In this document: positions 54,399 through 64,000 of the stretch, piece by piece
How the letters are laid out: every line of letters begins with the position of its first letter
How positions within the stretch are numbered: the stretch's first letter is position 1
Assembly: GCA_002633005.1 (NCBI GenBank)
Contig: NMRA01000002.1
Span: forward strand, 1,075,278-1,139,277
Source: Phoronis australis
Lineage: Eukaryota; Animalia; Phoronida
Length of the DNA stretch: 64,000 nucleotides
Direction of reading: 5' to 3'
Made by a program: the position numbers and the translations under genes
Notes under the pieces: generated by a model
What the model saw: the letters and a program-made list of their open reading frames with translations, nothing else
Databases searched by the model: none
Told to the model about the DNA's origin: nothing

Positions 54399-54869
54399 GT
54401 ATAGATCCAGAAGGCAGAAAGGATCACTGAAGAAAAAGTGCCTCAGTCTTAGTGACATTTTTAAGTTAAGTGTACACAATAATATGTATGTATTTTGACA
54501 AGGTAAAACCTGTTATTCGTCTACGTCCGTTTAAAAAACACAGCATTGAGACTAAAGTATAGAAGGTGATGAGGAGTATTGTAGCCCCAAGACAGCCAGC
54601 CGAGGGTCTGTTGCCTACAGACGTGCACGTCAGTAGCGGTATTAATCAGTCAATCAAATTCTGAAATGGGACCAAGTTATCCGACTATTACCACAGAATC
54701 AGTGGAAATTATTATTAGTCCAACACTGGCAAAAAGTCCAGGACAGGAGGCGGCCTGATGGTAATTCCAGTAATAAATTTCAAGGTTATGGGACGGTTCA
54801 CGTCTGATAACTATAACAGAAACTTTACATAGACACAGTTCGGCTCAAACACCTGCCTGTGCTGAATAC

Positions 54870-55025
54870 CGCCTCACTTCATTGGCAACTGAATAACGTC
54901 TACATGAAGGTCGCCATTTTGCTTATAGCGCAGAGACATCTATTGGTTCCCGTTTCTTTGCAACGCCTGGCGCATCCCGGTGTCTCACCTGAGCCACACG
55001 AACCCAAAATGTTCGTACCAATAGA
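54870..55025 (-). promoter_or_regulatory. Probable promoter and non-coding first exon of the RRM/SR-like gene
   Basis: YY1-type CAAAATGGCG on minus (54912-54921), CCAAT boxes at ~54945 and ~55018, candidate donors AA|gtgagg and CAG|gtgttt just downstream. Confidence 0.5.
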
Positions 55026-56499
55026 TGTTCAATCCTCGACTGGTCTAGTAAAACTATAGTACGTATATCCCCATATTTAAGCCCATACGATTTATGTTCA
55101 TTCATGCGAGTCGCTTTTGCCAATTTTTCCCTAAATAATTCACGAAAATTTTCAACATTCGCCTAGACCGCAGTGTCAGCCTGAGTGCCCATGATGGTGC
55201 CACAGTCTCTACTCAAAAGCTGTCGGTAGAATTCGAATGGAGCTGAACGGTGGCTACGCAAGCTAGAGACTTCTCGGTTCATGCATTAATTCCGAAAAAT
55301 GAACAAAAAAACGACTCGCATGGAAGGGCAACAATAAGCATGCGTTTTTTTTTTCAGGCTCATAAAGTAGGCGCCAACTGAAAGTGCTTCAACTGAGAGT
55401 CTGTCGGAGTCACAAATATATTGCTTATATAGGCCTAAATCTGCTGTAGCCTTATGTACGGCATATTTGGTAAATAGTTAGGGCCTAATGTTAAAATGAA
55501 CAGAAGACAATGTCTACCGCGATTTCTATGATAGGTTTTCCTCGACTCCCGCCAGGTCGAGTCATAGTCGCCGCCGCGTTCTAGTTGAGTTCCCGTCACT
55601 AGTTGAACTCGGTGCCCGGTCGTGCCACTCGGCGCCCTCCGCCTGACAGTGGCGTGCATCCTGGGCTATCCTGACCCGGTCTTCAGTATGAGATAGCTAG
55701 CCACTACCATGTATCTTCTTGAAGAATCTGTGGCCAACAGCTGAGTTTGGCATTTAGTCGGCTGCCGTGCGCTGCTCCGGGCTGATGCTCGGGTTTCGAG
55801 ACACTAGACCGCAATCGGCCTGGATTTCTTGAAACGGGCTCACAACGTTGCGGCTGTGACGTATCGTTTACTTCTAATCTCCCGTAACATGTAAAGCCTG
55901 CGCGCACCCAGGCCGGATGACTCGAGATGCTCGAACGAGCCCCCAATTTGGCGAAAAGGCCCGCCTCAGAGAAACAAAAACTCCGAAAAAGTAGAAAACG
56001 AGACGAAAGTCCACCAAAGGGCAGGTACTACCAAAATTCGGCGAATGCACCATAGCTCTAATTATCAAAAGTTCGAGCCTCCATTTTTGGGATGGGTGCG
56101 CGTTTAAAGGCCTAGAAGCAGGGCGGTGACACATGAGTGCGAACGCCGAGCCTCACGCTGAGAAACCGGGGTAGCTAAAGAAAAGAAAAGGAAACATTTC
56201 AAGAAGTTGATAACCAATGGCCATGAAATTTTATTAGATGCCCCTATTTTTTAAAGTTTGAAGTATGAGTCATTTTGCGGCTCACTCCATTGAAAACGTA
56301 CTCATTCGAAAAATTCCAAGAAGCGTTAAGATGACAGGAACGAATACCCTGTGCTTCTCCAAAGGCGGGCTCCTACGTCGTTGTCTTAATCCGTTATCAT
56401 TTGATCAGTAGACCTATAGTTTGGTAGTAGCTTCTCTTTAACGCAAACTGGAGTGGAAATACGACAGTTGACACCTTGCCGATATATACTCTCCCATAT

Positions 56500-57650
56500 T
56501 CCGTTCAGTGACTTTACCAGACATAGAGGGTTGTGAGCTTCTTTGTTAACTGCCAAGCGCAGTCTTTTGTCTGATACGACAACAAGCAGGGGAATTATAT
56601 ACCAGGATTATCAAAGACCACGTATGAACAAAGTCAAACTCAGAGCGTACGTTCGGAAAGAATAGATTGCCGTAACTTCGGTTGTAGTTGGGCGATTTTG
56701 GCGATTCAAAAACTAAACATGATCACCATTTGACGAGGATTTCAGAAATTCTATTGGTTTATGTTCAAATACGCTATAACTTAAATTTTATTTTTAACAA
56801 CAAAAGTACAGCCGAGTCAGGCTAGATATGATCTTATTGGAGATTAGAGCAATTATCGAACAAAAGAAAGCTGGCCCTCCAACCATAAATGCTAAAATGG
56901 AGTTAATCAGTCGTGTAAAATATTGGCTACAGGGGTCATTTCCCCAAATTTTTGTTGGGCTATTGAAAATCCACCAAGTTGGGATCAACGGGAAAACGTC
57001 GCAATGATCGAGTTAATTGTAACGGCAAATTGCAAATAGACATTACTAAAAACAAGTTAAAATAACAGCTATGTTTTAAGACCACGTGTCTCACCCCCGT
57101 GGATGGTAAAATGAATTGTCTCTAACTGTCTTCTCAAGTTATCGGCAGTTCTCGTAATGCACATTCTTAGTGGTACTAGCACTTGGTTCAATGTACCCAT
57201 GACAGTCAATTCTAGATACGAAGAACCCGTTACCAACAAAAGAATTAGTATTTAGTACCATTGTTAAGTGGAACTTCTTTAATATGCGCTGGACTTCAAC
57301 GCCGTGAATGCATTCCAAATGGATGACAATAGTGCGCTCTCTTGAGTTTTGTGATTAGTCATGGTCAGAATGAGGTTCAAGGACATCGAGAAATGGCAAC
57401 TTCTCACAGACAGGCGAATTCACGCATTACAATTCATCGCTCGAACAACATATAAGGAGATCGTCACCATAGCGGAAGGGAATTCTGCCGATGTGCCGAC
57501 TACCCGGGCGTTTCTCAACTTCTGATATGTAAAAATCTGAACAAGTTAGGCTTAACGGGGAACCCATACTGACACTGTCTTTTTGTAAAAATTGTTTCCC
57601 ATGTATATGTCGAAAAGAGACTTTGGTGGTACAGGTGGTGCGATTATTGG
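56500..57650 (-). pseudogene. Decayed Penelope-like RT fragment
   Basis: GKQFLQKDSVSMGSPLS...FY..EVEK...FRYGDDLL (MGSPLS and degenerate RYVDD) followed by LPFLDVL (~57390); stops and frameshifts elsewhere. Lower boundary approximate. Confidence 0.75.
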
Positions 57651-60600
57651 CCTCCCTGTCGATGATAGCTATATATACACCTGACCAGTTAGAGAAAATC
57701 ACATCATTCAGTGACTGGTCCGGTGCAGCTATCATCGACAGGAGGCCAATGATCCTACAAGAAAGATAAGAGAATCGACCCACAATGATCAGTAAAGAGA
57801 GGTTACCTATGAACCGTAACGAGAAGAAGACGTTACTAAAAATAGGAGTCGAAAATTTCTGCAGGTATTTACCTTTTTTTTAGATGGAAAAATGAATTTC
57901 ACTGTGTCAATTGTTATCCACTTTCCTGGTGAGACTGAAAAATGGAGCTTTTAAGCACTTGAAGGGGCCTCACACAGAAGGGGTTCCAATCATCAACCGC
58001 CTCTACTTTCGGAAGCTGATAGAAAATGGTCATGACCCTGTGACGGAAACGACTATCACATTTCTCTAGTTTCAACCTTTCATATAGTTTTTAGTAGCAT
58101 GCTTTTCATGAGGGACCCCCTCTCAGTCAGCGTCCGGTTTTAGAGGGTTTTCCGGGGAAATTGTACCTTTGCCCTCCTGATGTAAATCTTGGGCCGTAAA
58201 CGCTTAACGAGGGATATAGAAAAAAATCAAAATTGACCAAAGAGAGCACAAAATACATTCATGTGAAGCACAGCAGTATCAAGCGGCATAAACAAAAGAA
58301 AAATGTGAGACTGTATAAAATATATTGTTCGGAATCAAAAAATACAACTTGTATACCACTATTTCTGAACTCACAAGGGAAATGTTCTCGATAGCTTTAT
58401 GGCGATAAAAATATCGGTAATTTTTGCCTTGATGCTTGCGCAACATACAAGGAATGGAAATGTCCCTGATTATGTTTGGGGCCCCCAATAAATTTGTGAA
58501 TTTGTAACCACGGTAGTTTGAATCATTTAATAAATCACGAGAACTGAACGAGCGGCATTACCCTACAACCTGGTGTGCCTTTTACAATACAACATAGATC
58601 TACAATGTGATATTGACATAACTTACATATACCTGCAATGTGATATTGGTATAACTTTCTTTCCTTATGATAGATAGACACACACTTCATGCACAGACGA
58701 AAACATTGCTTGATATAAACATGATATAAACACATATGATAATACTGACAGATTTGCAATACAGCTCTTTGGCCATTACACATTTTATTTTACGCTTATA
58801 AACTGATAAATGCGAAGTACGTGGGTGGCATAACCATGACTGTCTCGGTGAGTATGCACTTCAATAGCTATCACGTAGAAGCCCCATACATGTACGTCAC
58901 CAGTTGTAAAATAATTAATTAAAACGTCACCGATGAATAACATACTATGATGACAGAGCCGAATGTGTCATTTTTCTTCCAATAAATCATCTAGGAGTGA
59001 AGTAACCTCTGTATTACCCATACGAGTTATCATTTGTCACTAGAAGCAGTGGTGTATTGGTAAAATTAGAGGTAAGTGGCGCCCAAAGCCCATCTTGAGC
59101 ACTGAAAGTAACTCACGGTGCGAAGGCGCTACATTCAAATGCCAAAAGATGGTTAGCTGCGCCTACGGGTGCCTACGCCCCACTACAGCACTAACTATAA
59201 GCTGACCAAACTGATGCACAGCCAACACAGATATGTTCATCGCTCCACTTAAGTTCAAAGAACACCGTTTTAAACGGAAGCTATTGTAAGACCAGTGACA
59301 GAATTGACTGGAATTACGGCCGTAAACCCTAGCATTATATGAGGCCATGCATTTCATTGGGAACATTTAAAAGTGCACTGACGACTTTGAATAAAATGCC
59401 ATGGTCTTATATTGGAATCTGAAGCAATGCAGATTCTTCGGACATACAGGCATAGTTTTATATGTACTAGTTATGTCAACCCGCATTGACCGAAACGTTA
59501 AGTACATGTTCGTTGACTACAATTATTCAATAACAACAATAATAACTAATACAATTAATTGTTTTAATGACGGTAGAATCCAAACAAGAGCAAACATGAT
59601 GTCGATATGGCATTATATTTGACTAACTGAAGTCATACGCGAATATAAATCTATGATCTTAGATACCAGCTAGGCCTTATTTGAAAATACAACGTGTATC
59701 ATAAATCCGTCTTGAAACACAAGTCACGGGATTCTGTGGTTGTCATTCAACATTTTTGCACTGCACTCGGTCTATGCCGTATCACTGCCAATGTTTCTCC
59801 AAAGACCGTCTCAGTTGAGGAGTATCAATCGATAATATTCGCACTAAGCCTTTGGAATCTCCATCAGTAATTGGACTTAAATTTGGAGTCACCTGACTCT
59901 ATAGTGGTCACTTCGCTTGACGACGTCTGTGGCGAGAGAGCTGCAAGATCGTCAGCTGGAGGTTTTCCTTGAAAGTCGCGTTTTGTTTCAAAGTAGTTGG
60001 GCTAACGGATTTCTACACTTTGAATGAACGGTGTTTAAAGTTGCAATTCGCTCTGTTTAGCTGGCTAAATTCGCAATTTCCGTGAATAGCAAGAACTTCG
60101 AAACCATGACCTACTCAAGAAAACGCTTCAGGGATTACTGTCTTGCATTGCCAGTGACTTGAGTTGATAATGGAAATGGAATCGTATCCCGGCAAGGAAT
60201 ATTATGATTCCGCGTTCACGATGAGAGCAAAGGCGTAATTCGATTTTCGTTTTCGTAGCCCGCTGTAACAGCTATATAGACGAAGTGCAGCTTCGTCTCA
60301 TCGACCGTTAGGCGGGACTGTTAAAGGCTTAAATAGGCGTGAATTGACGACAGCCTCAGAAAATGCATATGATTTAGTGTCAGCATTGTGCAAATTTGCC
60401 ATGTCACGTCGATCACCATGGAGGTTGACTACATATCTTTTTGCTACACTGACATCCGAAATGCCTCTTTCCTATGACCTCATGCACCAAGTTATCTTTG
60501 CATCTCAGGAGGAGACGAACTGGCACAAACATTTGGCAACACGTGAAGTTGGGCGCACACTTCCTCCTGTGACAGAACATGGCAGAGTTATGTAGCATGA

Positions 60601-61027
60601 ACAGATAGGTCGGCCATCACATCTACCGGGACACTGAAACACGTTAAGAAATTATCCCACTAAAATCCCAATATATCCTGTAAATATATGATTTGGACAA
60701 ATTACGAAGTCAACAATTCTCGATAATGACCCCTGCGATGGTAACACGATTTGATTTAGCTTTAAAACTTTTTTGAAGTAAAGCAGAACTCAGTGTGATT
60801 CCGTTTAGGTCATTGTCATATTTTTGGAGTCTGAAAACATTCATATTGACCTCGGTGAAGGTCAATAATTGTATATTAATATGCTACTTAGTAGGGGAAA
60901 GCTCGCCTAATGGTTGCACCATAGACTATAGTACATGGACCGCCAACTCCGTATATTTTCAGTGGACGAAATCTGTTGTCTTACGCGTAAGCCGTGACGT
61001 CACTATTCACTAGCAACACCTGCCTCC

Positions 61028-61168
61028 CGTTCAGTAACGCTAGGACCTAGCTAAAAAGCAAGACTTCGCGAGATTTCGTGAGATATTGCCGTGCATTTTA
61101 AATGAGAACACGTGACGTTGACTAGGTTTTAGCTAGGTCCTAGCGTAGGTCCTAGCGTCTACTGAACG
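61028..61168. mobile_element. Small TIR element
   Basis: cgttcagtaacgctaggacctagctaaaa / ttttagctaggtcctagcgt...tactgaacg, with a 12-bp internal duplication in the right arm. Confidence 0.7.
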
Positions 61169-61985
61169 CACGCCTGGCAAATTAGCAAGTTTTACTTCCG
61201 GTAAGTACGTCGTCTGCTAATCTCGGTCGGCTGTAGTGTGGTCGGGTGCCAAAAGTATTCACAATACCAATAGTCCTATAATTGGAAGACTTTGATCAGC
61301 ATTTCAACGCCGAATTTTTTTCGTTGTACTGGACAGTAAAATAGATGCGAGAATTTTCCGTCACAATACACTAACCGGAAAATGAAATTGGTGATTTAGG
61401 AGAGCGGCGTCTCCTCTAGGATACTAAGCAAGAAAACATCGAGGTTGCGAATCTGTTGTCTATAATCTATAGTTACACATAAAAATTACTAAAGGCGCCA
61501 ATTGTCTCGCGATACATATCAGGGAACTATGGTGGGAAAATTCTGGTCATTGCAGCCATTATTCAATAGAGCGTGTATGCTCGCTGTCAGAATTTCCGGA
61601 TTTTAGTCTGAATGATCATGTTCGGCCAACGCATCTGCCGCATATTAAAGAGGCATAGAACACCAAAATTCGTAAAAACTCCTTATAAACAAATCGAGGC
61701 GAATCTTCTTCTTATGGATACTAGCGTGAGAGTTACTCTCTTTGAATGTTTCAAGAACTAGAAAAAATCGTCAGATTCACTATTTTTGAAACAAAGATGA
61801 AATCTAAACTCTTTCTTAATACAGTTTTCAAAATCTTCACCCTAATGATATATATGCGCTTATGAACTCAAAGAATTACCAAGTAAACCTTTCCCATGTG
61901 CACAGTCGTCATTGTTTTGTTTACAACAAAGGTCAAATGTGACATTTTCCGTATAAAAGAAACGTTTATGTCTTGCTTTACCACA

Positions 61986-62471
61986 CAAGGAGGAGTATAG
62001 ACCGGCAGCCTAGAGCACGTAGCATAGATGAACGAGGTACCAACATCTGACCACTGGAGCACTTAGAGTCCACCGCAATATATACATTTATGGATGTCTG
62101 CCGTTGTCTGCACTCTGGGTGTTAGCCCTGGGGTCCTTACAAGGGGGCCAAAAATGCACTAGATGACCTTTTTTGGCTTCTGCCAGACCCATTCCAGAGT
62201 GCAATTTGTCTGTCATGGGTCATTCGGTGTTCAGTGCGGTACTAGTGTCCGTTTTAAATGTTTTGGCCGGTACCTCGAATATTCTAATCAAGCTCATGTT
62301 TGCCCATGTGTAAGGTCCCCAGGGGTGACACCCATAGTGCATACAACGGCAGACGTTCATTTCTGCATAAAATTATACTGAGGTGGACTCTAAGTTCTCC
62401 TATCGTCAGATGTTGATACCTCGTTCATCTATGCTAAGTGATTTGGGCTGCCGATCTAGTACCTTACCTTG
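61986..62471. repeat. Foldback element with ~180-bp imperfect inverted arms
   Basis: tagcatagatgaacgaggta.caacatctgac...ttagagtccacc...tctgccgttgt.tgcact.tgggtgt mirrored at 62300-62460. Confidence 0.85.
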
Positions 62472-63106
62472 AGAAAAAATCGACAAAATGACGAGCAGTT
62501 GACAGATCATTTTTTGATATTTGAAACTAAATGAAAGACGCTTTGACATCAACAGAAATTCCAAGATAAAATCCCAGAAACTTTGTTATAGTTTTCTAAA
62601 TTATCATTTCGTTTTCGTTATATGCAACTTTTGTGTTTTCATAAAATTCATACAAGTGGCACACCTCCAACATACCGCATTTATTTTTGTTCTTTAGAAA
62701 ATTAAAGTCACGTGAAACTATTATTAATACTTATATCTGTGGTCGCACGAGACCGCCCATTTTAGTCATTTTTTTTGATAAAAATAAACGTTTTTGTTGA
62801 AATATGTGAAAATTCGTAAAATCGTGCCTCATTCCTATTTTACACTATTAAAAGTCAACCAACAAACATAAAAACAAGGATTCAATAACTTTAAAAGACG
62901 ACAATACTTATGGAATTTTAATTTTAACACATAACCATCGATTTTCTTGCAGCATTTAAAACTTGTACTAAAGACGAGAAACCTCTACAAAAAGGGACTT
63001 TTTCATAGAAGCTCCCAACAAGTGCGTTCGCTTTAATGTTGATGATTGGCGTCTACCGTGTGTGGACCCCAGAGAGGGTGGGTATCCTAATTTCGCGGCG
63101 GCACAG

Positions 63107-63559
63107 TCAGTCAAAAACATAATCGAGTACCCCCTTTTCCGAACATCGATCCCATTCACACGAACATCGAAGCACCCGCTTGTCAACTGCACATTCATCA
63201 TAAAGTGAATTTTGGTGTGATTTGCATATGTTTGAATCTTGTTGGTGTGCGCAAGATTCATGGTTCATGCGCATGACTCTGGTTTGTGCCAATGATCCAA
63301 TGCTTGTGCGTAAGGGTTGTCCTCTTGACAAAGCGAGAGTAAATTGGAGTAGCTCTTGTTCATACCCTGTTGTTTTACACCAAAATACTCGCATTCCTTT
63401 CTCGTTCAACAGAGAGCACTCTTCACCTTTATACGGATAGGTCTTTCTGAATCGTAACTTCCACACGCATAAATTCTTGGAGTCGCGACACGGCGGAGCA
63501 ATTGTACTTGATGTTTGACTTTCCACTAAATACGAATTGCATATCAACACGCCGACCGC
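63107..63559 (-). CDS. Cys-rich putative secreted protein, main (last) exon, 150 aa
   Basis: Strong acceptor tttttgtttttcag, phase 0; open to TGA; 10 Cys after the predicted VES|Q cleavage; C-terminal CSCEWDRCS. Confidence 0.75.
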   Translation of the reverse strand, partial: AVGVLICNSYLVESQTSSTIAPPCRDSKNLCVWKLRFRKTYPYKGEECSLLNEKGMRVFWCKTTGYEQELLQFTLALSRGQPLRTSIGSLAQTRVMRMNHESCAHQQDSNICKSHQNSLYDECAVDKRVLRCSCEWDRCSEKGVLDYVFD

Positions 63560-63629
63560 CTGAAAAACAAAAATCTGTAAATTTGAATTGGCAATCAGGA
63601 AGTTGCGTTTCATCATTTTAAGAACTTAC

Positions 63630-63644
63630 ATGCATTCTAGCAAT
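63630..63644 (-). CDS. 15-nt microexon (IARMH) of the Cys-rich protein gene
   Basis: ttatttatatttag|ATTGCTAGAATGCAT|gtaagt; 70-nt intron to the main exon. Confidence 0.6.
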
Positions 63645-63715
63645 CTAAATATAAATAAGAGCGTTTAATAACACCACTGAGCGTGAAATCAAGAAGGTAT
63701 GGATGTCGAACTTAC

Positions 63716-63721
63716 CTTGGT
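63716..63721 (-). CDS. 6-nt microexon (TK) of the Cys-rich protein gene
   Basis: gttgttgtattgcag|ACCAAG|gtaagt; 71-nt intron downstream. Confidence 0.55.
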
Positions 63722-63826
63722 CTGCAATACAACAACAACTAAGTTTATTGAATTCCGGCATAGTACAATAACAAGTCATACAGAAAGACACAAAGTGAAG
63801 CTTAAAATGTTAAGTAAATGGTTTAC

Positions 63827-63829
63827 CAT
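63827..63829 (-). CDS. Candidate initiator ATG at the end of an upstream exon
   Basis: ttaATG|gtaaac; 105-nt intron to the 6-nt exon; keeps phase 0. Confidence 0.4.
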
Positions 63830-64000
63830 TAAACTATTCACAAAGAATATTGTAAGTATTTAAACAATTTTATCATTTGTAAAAAAACACTCTGCATCAG
63901 TTTAACCAATTGCTCAATGGTTTAGCGAAAATGAAAAGTGCAATTTTAAACCTGTGAATAAACGGTAAATCCTCATGTATAGACCAGAATAAAATGAAAC

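Overview
Eukaryotic (animal, invertebrate-type) genomic DNA with GT-AG introns, many small transposon relics and one assembly gap (47286-47838); the host taxon cannot be pinned down. Four protein-coding genes are supportable. Two are tandem intronless actins on + (26346-27476, 32891-34021) whose coding sequences are a mosaic of near-identical and strongly diverged blocks, suggesting gene conversion, and which share a CArG/TTCCWGGAA/E-box module. The third is a hand-assembled minus-strand gene (8 coding exons, 53243->36395, about 1000 aa) with two divergent RRMs, an RS/SP-rich domain and a Gly/Pro/Asn/Gln low-complexity tail. Its intron 7 holds a Penelope-like retroelement fragment with inverted pLTRs, each carrying a hammerhead-ribozyme motif. 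The fourth is a minus-strand gene at the right edge for a small Cys-rich, probably secreted protein whose signal peptide appears to be assembled from 6-nt and 15-nt microexons. The first 25 kb has no convincing gene and is dominated by MITEs, minisatellites and decayed retroelement pieces. All gene models, alignments and counts were read by eye and need transcript or database confirmation.
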